Source: an uncultured virus (IMG/VR IMGVR_UViG_3300043468_000476) | Lineage: Duplodnaviria; Heunggongvirae; Uroviricota; Caudoviricetes | Virus record (IMG/VR): IMGVR_UViG_3300043468_000476 | Reading direction: 5' to 3' (one strand) | DNA: 64,000 nt | In this document: positions 56,410 to 64,000 of the stretch, piece after piece | Layout: each line of letters opens with the position of its first letter | How positions within the stretch are numbered: the first letter of the stretch is position 1 | Notes under the pieces: generated by a model | The model's database searches: none | Seen by the model: only the letters and a program-made list of their open reading frames with translations | Told to the model about the DNA's origin: nothing | Program-made: the position numbers and the translations under genes

Positions 56410-56438
56410 ATTATACTACTCGTTTGATTGTTTGTCAA
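56410..56438 (-). promoter_or_regulatory. Perfect sigma70 consensus promoter
   Basis: TTGACA-N17-TATAAT. Confidence 0.85.
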
Positions 56439-57796
56439 GCTACTTTTCTGTTCTTACGCAGATCTAGGATCATGCGATATTCAACAAGAGTAGTAGTTCC
56501 CATATCGCGATTGTGAGACTTACGGATAACAGCGCCATCCTTCAATTCCCCACCTTTAGCCCAAGCAGTATCATGACCCCAAACACTATCGGCAAGTTCC
56601 AAAGGCTCGCCATCAATCGCACACTTGTATCCCTGAATGGCCAGCATTTCTTCTCGCTGAGCAGTTGATAGAGAACGCTTGGCTTCACGGAAAGTGATAC
56701 CAATATCGATACCCATTTCGTCAAGAATAATCTTAGCGCACTGACGCTGAACAACGCTGTTCGAAAAATTCTTCGTATTACAACGGACGAATTCCTTCAC
56801 GAAAACGTATTCAGGTTCATCTTCAGTTCCAACATTGATAGTCTTATCATTATAGAGGCTGTTACCTGTTCCAGTAAGCCTGGAATAAGCATCCATAAAA
56901 CGTTCTTTGAACAGAAAACGATCATTGAAAGTAAAATCGCGATTCTGTTCGTAGAGAGCAAACCAGACAAGCTGGAAAGCTGCGAAGATATCTCCGTTTA
57001 GTTTCTTACCACGACGATATTTAAAGTCATGAACGTCGTTGAAGAAACGATCAACTGTTTTTAGAACATTCTTTGTAACAGGATTCTTCCCGTCATACTC
57101 TCCATGAACAAGAGCTTCAATCTCTCGCTGGCCAGCATCGACGTTACCGCCACCAATTGCCTTTAGAATGGCAATAAAAACGTATTCGTCCCACTTACGG
57201 CGAGGATTAACATCGCTATCAAAGCATTCCGGAGTCCACTCGCCCTTAGCATTACGCTTGGCTTCGAACACAGGATGAACGTCGTTCTTATATTCACGAT
57301 AATACTTCGTGCGACTGCGAACTTCACGACAAATAGCGGACTCATCGTCGCACATAATCATCTCCATGAAGTTAACAGCCGTAGTCTTGTTACGTGTACG
57401 GAAAATCTTAGTAGCTTCTTCGGAAGTGCAAGTAATCACTTCGAAGGCAATTTGAGTAGATAGAAAACTTGTATCTTCAAATTCGGTATAATACTTACCG
57501 TTGACCTTAATTTTGTTGGTATAAAACTCTGCGAACGCACGAATGCGATGACCGCCATCGATCACAAGATAATGGACGCCTGGATACACTTCCTGCATAG
57601 CAGGATCTTTAGAAATATCGCGAACGGTAATCATACCAACGCCAATGCCGCTGCGGACAGCTTCAACAATTTCTTGAGACTTTTTAGGACCAGACGAGGT
57701 AGCAGGACGCTGAGAAATAGGATCCGGATTAAGTTTTCCGTTCAAAGCCAGATCGATAAGCTGACGGATGGTCTTCTTGTCAATATACGTATTCAT
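56435..57796 (-). CDS. DUF262 (ParB/Srx-like) plus C-terminal HNH protein, GmrSD-like architecture
   Basis: QR motif, VIDGGHR, F...N; C-terminal CAID...GHD.AW.KGG...HN. Confidence 0.7.
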   Translation of the reverse strand: MNTYIDKKTIRQLIDLALNGKLNPDPISQRPATSSGPKKSQEIVEAVRSGIGVGMITVRDISKDPAMQEVYPGVHYLVIDGGHRIRAFAEFYTNKIKVNGKYYTEFEDTSFLSTQIAFEVITCTSEEATKIFRTRNKTTAVNFMEMIMCDDESAICREVRSRTKYYREYKNDVHPVFEAKRNAKGEWTPECFDSDVNPRRKWDEYVFIAILKAIGGGNVDAGQREIEALVHGEYDGKNPVTKNVLKTVDRFFNDVHDFKYRRGKKLNGDIFAAFQLVWFALYEQNRDFTFNDRFLFKERFMDAYSRLTGTGNSLYNDKTINVGTEDEPEYVFVKEFVRCNTKNFSNSVVQRQCAKIILDEMGIDIGITFREAKRSLSTAQREEMLAIQGYKCAIDGEPLELADSVWGHDTAWAKGGELKDGAVIRKSHNRDMGTTTLVEYRMILDLRKNRKVA

Positions 57797-57871
57797 AATA
57801 TTCTCCTAGGTTTGGACTATTGCCCGTACACTGTTGATCCTGGCACACGATGTGCTTCGGTATCAACAAAA

Positions 57872-57903
57872 GACATCCTACTATATTTCAAGTAGGATGT
57901 CAA
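57872..57903 (-). terminator. 11-bp hairpin terminator overlapping a sigma70-like promoter
   Basis: GACATCCTACT-N8-AGTAGGATGTC then TTTT on the minus strand; the same bases read TTGACA-N17-TAGGAT. Confidence 0.65.
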
Positions 57904-57911
57904 TTCTTTTA

Positions 57912-58889
57912 TTAGGCAGCTTCTGCCATTTCGACAGCAAGCTCGAGAGCCTTGGTCTTCAGGTTCTTATTATAACCGTACCAAGCGGAAGTCAGGCGAG
58001 TATCAGCCGAACGACCAATAACGTGATCAGTCATGAAGGTAACAGCATTGAATGGCTGCCACCAGCTACCCTGAGCGTATTCAGCACCAGGCTGAGTGTC
58101 AATAACACCAAGAGCGATGTTTGCATTACGAGAACGCTTGCCCTCTGCCTTATCTTCCGGAGTAGCACCAGCCAGCGGGAACACACGCTCGAAGTATTCA
58201 ACGATAGACTCAGTCTTGGCCTTCTTAGAGCCAAGGAACTGAGCCATCTCCTTGTACTTCTGGAGCTTGTCAGTAGCGATACCAAGCATATCCTTCACGT
58301 TAGCAGGATTAAACTGCTTACGGTGGGAAATCTTGACCATACGCTCTACAGTCGACGAGAGAGAAAGAGTAAGAGTGTTATTACAGACAACACGGATCGG
58401 GGTGAACCGAACGTCAGTCGAGAAGCCATACTTGTGGAAATTAGAGAACAGAAGATAAGAATCAATCTGATCTCCCTTAAAGAGTTCGAACGACTCCTTA
58501 ACCTTTGCCAATCCCCAGACAATCTGGCCGTCCTTCAACGAGCCAGCAGTATGCATCTCCATGTCACCAGCCATAACGAATTCGTTGAAGAATTCAAACG
58601 CTTCCTGATTCTGGACGGGATTCCAGTCATCAGAAACTACGTCAAGTAGTTTACGATCCTTCGAACGAATCAGAGCAGACTGACCAGTCTCCACAACGCT
58701 ATCCGGATCGTTTTCGTCAATGATGGCGAAAGATGGGTATTTGCGGACTTCCCAATCCAAGCCAGCAGCCTGGAGCATCTGTTCGGGAGTAAGATCCGCA
58801 GGGACTTCCTTACCCAAACCATGCCACGGAACGGCTCCAACATAAGCCATCTGAGCGACACCATCGACGAATTCAATTTCATGAGCCAT
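57912..58889 (-). CDS. DUF932 family protein (TIGR03299-like)
   Basis: MAHEI..., PWHGLG, AGLDWEV, PVQN.EAF.FF, TAGSL..G, TPIRVVCNNTL. Confidence 0.9.
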   Translation of the reverse strand: MAHEIEFVDGVAQMAYVGAVPWHGLGKEVPADLTPEQMLQAAGLDWEVRKYPSFAIIDENDPDSVVETGQSALIRSKDRKLLDVVSDDWNPVQNQEAFEFFNEFVMAGDMEMHTAGSLKDGQIVWGLAKVKESFELFKGDQIDSYLLFSNFHKYGFSTDVRFTPIRVVCNNTLTLSLSSTVERMVKISHRKQFNPANVKDMLGIATDKLQKYKEMAQFLGSKKAKTESIVEYFERVFPLAGATPEDKAEGKRSRNANIALGVIDTQPGAEYAQGSWWQPFNAVTFMTDHVIGRSADTRLTSAWYGYNKNLKTKALELAVEMAEAA

Positions 58890-58923
58890 TAGAGTTCTCC
58901 TTCACAACCTTCATTATATACAT

Positions 58924-58952
58924 AGTATACCCTAATGTTTTAAAAAAGTCAA
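58924..58952 (-). promoter_or_regulatory. Sigma70-type early promoter
   Basis: TTGACT-N17-TATACT. Confidence 0.8.
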
Positions 58953-58956
58953 GCCC

Positions 58957-59136
58957 TTATTCTGCGGATGCCGGGACTGGGCCAGGAGCTCCCTGAGATG
59001 GCAGCTGAGGAGCAGCCTGCTGACGTAGCTTCTCGACCAGAGGAGCGATCTGATCATAAGGTAGCTTACCTAGAGCAAACATAACAGCATTTGCTTCTTC
59101 AAAAGATAGTTCAAACTTAATTACAACTTCATCCAT
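58957..59136 (-). CDS. Small helical protein; homolog of 8129..8308
   Basis: FELSFEEANAVMFALGKLPYDQIAPLVEKLRQQAAPQ; GGAG RBS. Confidence 0.7.
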   Translation of the reverse strand: MDEVVIKFELSFEEANAVMFALGKLPYDQIAPLVEKLRQQAAPQLPSQGAPGPVPASAE

Positions 59137-59156
59137 TTTATACTCCATATGGTTTA

Positions 59157-59396
59157 TTACGCAGTCTTCGCTTCTAGTAAAGACTCTTTAAATTGGAAAT
59201 GAAAACCAGCGAGCCATTCTTTCTGGCGATATAGCTCGTTCTGTACCTGCTTTTCATCATCCTGGTCAACGTCCATATAATCATATGGACAATCTTTTAC
59301 CAAACCTCCCTGTGAATAATGAACACGACCTTCTTCAAAAAATTGATTGGTGTATTGCCATTCATTCATTTGTGTGACCTTTTCTGTATCCAGCAT
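59157..59396 (-). CDS. Hypothetical protein
   Basis: EGR...CPY...EWLAGF (loosely Rmf/CrpP-like pattern). Confidence 0.6.
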   Translation of the reverse strand: MLDTEKVTQMNEWQYTNQFFEEGRVHYSQGGLVKDCPYDYMDVDQDDEKQVQNELYRQKEWLAGFHFQFKESLLEAKTA

Positions 59397-59538
59397 TTAT
59401 TAGGTTCATTTTGGCACTGGAGCTCCATTCTGGCCCCAGATTCTTTCATACCTGATGTTATATATATTGAATCCAAATAAGGGATTGTCAAGAATCCCCA
59501 AATGAATAAGAATTCGAGAAAGTATCTTTTTCTTTCAC

Positions 59539-59859
59539 TCATTTTTTGAATGAATAGTAAGCGTCAATTATCTTTTGGAGGGGACGCTCTAGGCCATCAT
59601 AATGATCTTTATCCATGATGCCACAAAGAATATCCATATAATCATCTGGTTCGATAAACTGTTTTACGATATCTAGATACTGTTTTCCTGTCTTTGGTTG
59701 TTTAACAGGAGCTCCTTTGATATTAGGAACATCATATCTTTTCATATCTTCAGCAATCGATCTCGCAATGACAGTCTTTGCCTTACTCACATAGTCTCTC
59801 ATTGTTTCTAATTCTAGTTGTTTTTTAGATTTTGGAAAAGGTATAATTTCAGCGCTCAC
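59539..59859 (-). CDS. Hypothetical protein
   Basis: ORF in early operon; IIPFP N-terminus. Confidence 0.65.
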   Translation of the reverse strand: MSAEIIPFPKSKKQLELETMRDYVSKAKTVIARSIAEDMKRYDVPNIKGAPVKQPKTGKQYLDIVKQFIEPDDYMDILCGIMDKDHYDGLERPLQKIIDAYYSFKK

Positions 59860-60082
59860 GACTCATATCCCTTGGAACACATTTTACCTTAACATAATAA
59901 TGATCGCCTTCCTTTGGAGCAAAGGCAAGTTTGGCGGAACGTTCGTAACCTTCCTGAAAACAACTCATCGGCGTGTTTTTGAGGTCGCCCATAACAATTG
60001 TCGTGTCTCTACCGCCTTCTTTGCATTCCATAGGAGACAATAAAGAATTACAGATAAGAATAACTGGAACATATTCGATCAT
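59849..60082 (-). CDS. Small four-Cys protein
   Basis: MIEYVPVILIC...C...PMSC...VKC; ATGA coupling. Confidence 0.65.
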   Translation of the reverse strand: MIEYVPVILICNSLLSPMECKEGGRDTTIVMGDLKNTPMSCFQEGYERSAKLAFAPKEGDHYYVKVKCVPRDMSRER

Positions 60083-60231
60083 CCTTGACACTTAACGCCG
60101 AATTTAGCTTCAGCGCCCATTACTTTACCATGAAGAGTGCCAATGTGGCACGCCTTCGGCTCAATTTCTACGTGCTGTTCGGTACAAACTCCGGCAACAC
60201 ACATATAAACAATCGCTGCAATCAACTTCAT
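60079..60231 (-). CDS. 50-aa four-Cys protein (not in ORF track)
   Basis: MKLIAAIVYMCVAGVCTEQHVEIEPKACHIGTLHGKVMGAEAKFGVKCQG; AAGGA RBS. Confidence 0.6.
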   Translation of the reverse strand: MKLIAAIVYMCVAGVCTEQHVEIEPKACHIGTLHGKVMGAEAKFGVKCQG

Positions 60232-60247
60232 AATATATATCCTTTTA

Positions 60248-60436
60248 TTACGCCGCTTTTTTGTCTTTTACCTCAAAAAAGTGCTTTTTTAGGCTCGGAG
60301 ACGCTTTGTCAAGTATTTCTCCGCTTACTCCAATACGAATTAACTCTGATAACTCAATAATTTCGGCTTCTGTGATGTTTTCTGCTGGCTTGAACTCAAA
60401 AAGTCTAGACTGTGTGTACTTTTTTTCTTTAGCCAT
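60248..60436 (-). CDS. Hypothetical protein
   Basis: AGGAG RBS. Confidence 0.65.
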   Translation of the reverse strand: MAKEKKYTQSRLFEFKPAENITEAEIIELSELIRIGVSGEILDKASPSLKKHFFEVKDKKAA

Positions 60437-60608
60437 TTGTTACTCCTGCTGTTAGGAAGAGATGGAGGGAATACATCGCTGCTGCAAAGCAAATTCCGAA
60501 GGCAAAAGCTGCTAATCGAGGATAAGGAGTGTTTCCAGACAATGCATAATAGGCATTAACGAATGCCAAAAGCATATTTGTCCAAAACCAGATCATGTTA
60601 TTGTCCAT
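60429..60608 (-). CDS. Small two-helix membrane protein
   Basis: Two hydrophobic segments. Confidence 0.6.
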   Translation of the reverse strand: MDNNMIWFWTNMLLAFVNAYYALSGNTPYPRLAAFAFGICFAAAMYSLHLFLTAGVTNG

Positions 60609-60789
60609 TTTTCTTTTCTTTCTTAGAAGTAAACTCAATCATAGAGGCTTCGAACAAAAGATGCTCTAAAAGATCGATACGAGACTTCAAGAAAATATGC
60701 TTATCGACTTCTTTACATCCTGCTAACTGCACGATATAATCATACCTCAGCTTCCGCATCGTTTTGCGCATCTTCTTGAACTTGCCCAT
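60598..60789 (-). CDS. Hypothetical basic protein
   Basis: GGAG RBS downstream of a promoter. Confidence 0.6.
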   Translation of the reverse strand: MGKFKKMRKTMRKLRYDYIVQLAGCKEVDKHIFLKSRIDLLEHLLFEASMIEFTSKKEKKNGQ

Positions 60790-60823
60790 TTGCTTTCTCC
60801 AACATTTCTGTAGTCACAATGTG

Positions 60824-60852
60824 AGTATATATCTTTTTGCCATCATTGTAAA
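60824..60852 (-). promoter_or_regulatory. T4-early-like promoter
   Basis: (G)TTTACA-N17-TATACT. Confidence 0.65.
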
Positions 60853-60990
60853 CTACAAAAAGTATACCCGAGCCAACATTTTTTACTTCGGCGCTAAGAT
60901 TCATTACTGCCCCAAATCAATTCATACAATACGATCCCAAGAGTCAATACACTTGTTATCATGCCCAAATATATCATGAACCATATAAAG

Positions 60991-61146
60991 TCAATTTCTG
61001 CTATTTGTAGCATTCAGATTTTCCTTATACCAATCTTCAATCCGTTCTAGTTCGATTAGGTACTCTTCGGAATCAATATTACCTTTTATATATTCTTCCA
61101 TGATAAGAGCCAATTTTTTGGCATAGATATGTTCAAGTTCCATCAT
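60991..61146 (-). CDS. 51-aa acidic protein (not in ORF track)
   Basis: MMELEHIYAKKLALIMEEYIKGNIDSEEYLIELERIEDWY...; GAGG RBS, promoter upstream. Confidence 0.55.
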   Translation of the reverse strand: MMELEHIYAKKLALIMEEYIKGNIDSEEYLIELERIEDWYKENLNATNSRN

Positions 61147-61168
61147 TCCCTCATTTCATCATATTTTA

Positions 61169-61197
61169 ATAATACCCTGGAAATGTAAAAAAGTCAA
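61169..61197 (-). promoter_or_regulatory. Sigma70-type promoter
   Basis: TTGACT-N17-TATTAT; spacer resembles that of the 58924 promoter. Confidence 0.6.
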
Positions 61198-61775
61198 TCG
61201 AAAACATAATTAACAGCGATCCTACGTTTTGTCTTCGTAGGAGGCGAGCTAGAATGATAAGTCAAACCATCAAAAAATACCATTTTATTTTCTGCAGGAA
61301 GAATTATCTCTTTGATGGTCACTTTTTTGTTTAGTACTTCGATATAATACTGCCCGCTGTGATTTTTCTCATAATTACAATCATATTTCTCGTTGTAGAG
61401 ATGCGTATGGCCATCGCTGTCGTTCATATACAACAACCCAACATTATGAGGAAATTCCATATCAACATGCGGAGGATTAACGGAAACGACAGGACAAATT
61501 GGAATCATACCAATACGAATACGATGAATTTTGTTTACAGCAACACCTGCTCTGTCAGCGGCAACCAATAAACAATCTTCAAGAGTATTAGCAATTTCAG
61601 AGTTTCTGGCCAGATGGTAAAAGCTACCATTATAGAGAGTTTCATACTGGTCAACATTCTCAGTATAGGCAGTCGCAGCAACGTAATACCAAGGAAAATT
61701 ATCAGAAAAAATAATATCCCTAGCTTTCCTAAACAAAGAATCATTTACAGCATCGTATTTCTCTATAAGAGGCAT
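61194..61775 (-). CDS. 2OG-Fe(II) oxygenase
   Basis: FPWYY, PHVD, YMNDSDG.T, FDG..YHSSSPP, R..VNY. Confidence 0.82.
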   Translation of the reverse strand: MPLIEKYDAVNDSLFRKARDIIFSDNFPWYYVAATAYTENVDQYETLYNGSFYHLARNSEIANTLEDCLLVAADRAGVAVNKIHRIRIGMIPICPVVSVNPPHVDMEFPHNVGLLYMNDSDGHTHLYNEKYDCNYEKNHSGQYYIEVLNKKVTIKEIILPAENKMVFFDGLTYHSSSPPTKTKRRIAVNYVFD

Positions 61776-61984
61776 TATTTCCTCTTCTTTAAAAGAGACG
61801 GTCTACGGCGACGATTAACGATTTTAATATAAGCAGCATAAGTCCTATAACTACAGAGCCATCCCCAGTCACTATGGCGATGCAACCGTAGGACTGGCCC
61901 CAAAGGTAGCACCGACTTCGTCGCGAAATTCCTATAAGCCACACGGCTCATAAACCAAACTTCGCCAGTTCTACGATCAATCAT
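61775..61984 (-). CDS. Hypothetical basic protein
   Basis: Coupled ORF. Confidence 0.5.
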   Translation of the reverse strand: MIDRRTGEVWFMSRVAYRNFATKSVLPLGPVLRLHRHSDWGWLCSYRTYAAYIKIVNRRRRPSLLKKRK

Positions 61985-62208
61985 ACTCTAACCCAATCAC
62001 GACGTTTCTTTAGTTTATGCACTTTTACCTTAATCATCCCAGCAGCCATATACTGGCTTATTAAACCAGCAACAGAGGGAGAGACGTTCTTCGAAATATA
62101 TAATGAAGCGGACTGAGAAACAGCCAAGCCGTCCGACAGGGTCACCGGATCCTCCGTCACAATTTCGTATTCTCTGGTATCACTTAGAATATTCCAGCCC
62201 ACGATCAT
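61981..62208 (-). CDS. Hypothetical protein
   Basis: AAGGAG RBS. Confidence 0.6.
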   Translation of the reverse strand: MIVGWNILSDTREYEIVTEDPVTLSDGLAVSQSASLYISKNVSPSVAGLISQYMAAGMIKVKVHKLKKRRDWVRV

Positions 62209-62371
62209 CTAGCTCCTTAATACAAGCCCAATATTCTTTTTCGCACTCACCACGTTCTTTGGCTTCAGCAGACCAATTACCTTCAGCGGCCATATAATAC
62301 ATATGGCGACGCCAGAGACGATCATATTCAGCCAAGAGCTCTTCATTAGTCTTAGTCGTAAAATCAACCAT
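62180..62371 (-). CDS. Hypothetical protein
   Basis: AAGGA RBS before MVDFTT. Confidence 0.6.
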   Translation of the reverse strand: MVDFTTKTNEELLAEYDRLWRRHMYYMAAEGNWSAEAKERGECEKEYWACIKELDDRGLEYSK

Positions 62372-62669
62372 TTGACATTCCTTTCGCAATTTTTGCTTTA
62401 GCGTCCATACGGTCACGGATATCTTTTAGCAAAGGCACATGGTCATCCCGAGAAGTATAGTGGTCAGCAAGAATTTCGAAGGCGCTGAGAACATTTAAGC
62501 TATCTTGCACATCCTCACGCTTAAAGTCATACTTAACAGGATCTTTCATAATATCATTCTGAGCATCCCTAAACGCCCAGTAGGTTGTTTCATAACCTTC
62601 AAGAAGCATATCGAGGAAGAGCTTGTCGTAGCCTTCCCATTCCATTGAAATCTTAATTTCTGGTTTCAC
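62364..62669 (-). CDS. Hypothetical protein
   Basis: GAGGAG RBS, GTG start. Confidence 0.6.
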   Translation of the reverse strand: MKPEIKISMEWEGYDKLFLDMLLEGYETTYWAFRDAQNDIMKDPVKYDFKREDVQDSLNVLSAFEILADHYTSRDDHVPLLKDIRDRMDAKAKIAKGMSNG

Positions 62670-62941
62670 TTATAGATCTCCTCTAGAACAACATCAAGAA
62701 AGCCACGAACTTCTGAGTCGAAGGCGCCATAACGAGTCCACTGAGAAAGATAATTGAACATCCCATCATGGGTATCTTTCTTGGAGTAATCATTGTTGAC
62801 ATAATCATTCAGGCGACTATTCAACTTGTTAGCAACTTCCTCGATCTCATCACGAGGGAATGTATTTGTAAGTAGACCCCACTGATCAGCTGAGAAGTTG
62901 CAGGTAATATCCTTCTTGATCACAATAGTAAGATTATGCAT
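62666..62941 (-). CDS. Hypothetical protein
   Basis: GGAG RBS. Confidence 0.65.
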   Translation of the reverse strand: MHNLTIVIKKDITCNFSADQWGLLTNTFPRDEIEEVANKLNSRLNDYVNNDYSKKDTHDGMFNYLSQWTRYGAFDSEVRGFLDVVLEEIYK

Positions 62942-62958
62942 AATATAGACTCCGTATT

Positions 62959-63255
62959 TTACACTGGTGGCGGCACATCAGATGGAGGAACCATAGCTAT
63001 ACCGCCTTCTTGTTGAAGCTCGGCAATTTCCTCTGCCGTTGGTTCAACTGGAGGGCCACGCTCTACAATAGGCTCTGGCTCATAGGCAGGCATATTAGCA
63101 GGAACTTGATTACCAACCAAATCTAATGCTTCTTGATAATGTGCCCAATGCTTCAATCCAACCTGAATAAGAGCATGAAGCATATCTGATCTTTTAATCA
63201 GTTCTTTGTGTGCATCTTTGCTTATTGTGACTAATTTTGACTCTACCTCGGCCAT
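62959..63255 (-). CDS. Hypothetical protein with Pro/Glu-rich tail
   Basis: GAGG RBS. Confidence 0.65.
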   Translation of the reverse strand: MAEVESKLVTISKDAHKELIKRSDMLHALIQVGLKHWAHYQEALDLVGNQVPANMPAYEPEPIVERGPPVEPTAEEIAELQQEGGIAMVPPSDVPPPV

Positions 63256-63284
63256 GGATAATACCTCTTGATGTAAAGAAATAT

Positions 63285-63515
63285 TTATTCAATCATAGGC
63301 TCGGGCGACTTCCAGACTTCGGTGATACCATAGTCGTCGCTGTAATAATGAGTGACTTTAATACCACTGAGAATAGTCTCGGCCATGTTACGATCGTAGG
63401 TGGCTGCTACAATAAGACCATTGACTTTATTATAGACTAGCCATGTAAACTCACCAGCCAATGTTCGCTCTACATAAAGTTCTGTGGGTTTACACTTAAC
63501 TGGTAATGGTGCCAT
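63285..63515 (-). CDS. Hypothetical protein
   Basis: GAGGAG RBS before MAPLP. Confidence 0.6.
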   Translation of the reverse strand: MAPLPVKCKPTELYVERTLAGEFTWLVYNKVNGLIVAATYDRNMAETILSGIKVTHYYSDDYGITEVWKSPEPMIE

Positions 63516-63516
63516 A

Positions 63517-63714
63517 TCACATCTCCTCAAAGAATTTCTCTAGAAGCCTACGAAAGTCATCACTGAATCCATAGGTCTTGTAATCCTTATAGAGTTCTTG
63601 AAGTTCCTTGACATCTCCCAACTCTCCATTAATGACTGTGAAGCCTCGATCTTGAAGTTCGTCAACAAGATCCATGTCTTCAAATTCGCTTAGATTAACT
63701 TCAATGTATGCCAT
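63517..63714 (-). CDS. Hypothetical acidic protein
   Basis: V.L.EF.D.DL.DEL..RG pattern; AGGA RBS. Confidence 0.65.
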   Translation of the reverse strand: MAYIEVNLSEFEDMDLVDELQDRGFTVINGELGDVKELQELYKDYKTYGFSDDFRRLLEKFFEEM

Positions 63715-63842
63715 AGTGTCCTGTTGCTCCTGTTGCGACTTTCCAGTTGTAAAAATTTTTGCACGGAAATTTTTGGATTTTCCGTTCCGCTTACGCCTCG
63801 GGGGACCCGACCCAATTTCCCTAATTTCCTAAAGGACCGACT

Positions 63843-63953
63843 TTATGCACGATCCTTCCACTTCCGCCTGTAGCGAACCATATCCACATAGAGATCGATC
63901 ATGATCCCGTATGCGAACCCCAACAGGAACAGAGCCACGCTATTGCCAATCAC
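63843..63953 (-). CDS. 36-aa membrane peptide (not in ORF track)
   Basis: MIGNSVALFLLGFAYGIMIDLYVDMVRYRRKWKDRA, GTG start. Confidence 0.35.
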   Translation of the reverse strand: MIGNSVALFLLGFAYGIMIDLYVDMVRYRRKWKDRA

Positions 63954-64000
63954 ATTCAAGTCCACCATCATGCACCTCTTGCCTTTCTTCGAACATAAGC

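Noticed and set aside
57834..58649. 271-aa plus-strand ORF
   Set aside because: Antisense shadow of the DUF932 gene; TTG start, no RBS and no recognisable motif.
1..64000. Alternative genetic code (stop-codon reassignment)
   Set aside because: Conserved genes are full length in the standard code and end in TAA, TAG (gp2) and TGA (gp26).
1..64000. Introns, inteins, homing endonucleases or IS elements
   Set aside because: Core genes have ordinary lengths and no such motifs were recognised; the only HNH is fused to DUF262.

Overview
This 64-kb AT-rich window is part of a large T4-like myovirus genome with cyanophage/alphaproteobacterial-phage-type gene order. The host is most likely an alphaproteobacterium, inferred from a permuted tmRNA and a rhizobial-type L,D-transpeptidase. 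Positions 1-48.2 kb are late structural genes: neck gp15/14/13, a small inserted enzyme cassette, three tail fibres with S74 chaperones and their accessory proteins, a split DUF4815/VrlC-like protein, baseplate gp8/9/7/6/25/PAAR/tripartite gp5/hub/53/48, then gp4, gp2, gp54, gp26, gp51 and a tape-measure-like protein carrying two peptidoglycan hydrolase domains. Positions 48.3-64 kb hold gp32, gp59, gp33 and an accessory/early region with four 2OG-Fe(II) oxygenases, an L,D-transpeptidase, tRNA-Arg(UCU), a tmRNA, a DUF262-HNH nuclease, DUF932 and many small ORFs behind sigma70-type promoters. The strongest signals are: (1) a complete two-piece circularly permuted tmRNA with tag ANDNDASFGVYALAA; (2) a T-TTT-TTT slippery site that would fuse gp26 to gp51 by -1 frameshifting just ahead of the tape-measure gene, as in lambda G/GT; (3) a late-promoter-driven cassette with a minimal adenylate-forming enzyme and a degenerate SGNH protein; (4) dense N-X-S/T sequons in virion proteins. 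All protein calls come from motif recognition by eye; no database search was run.
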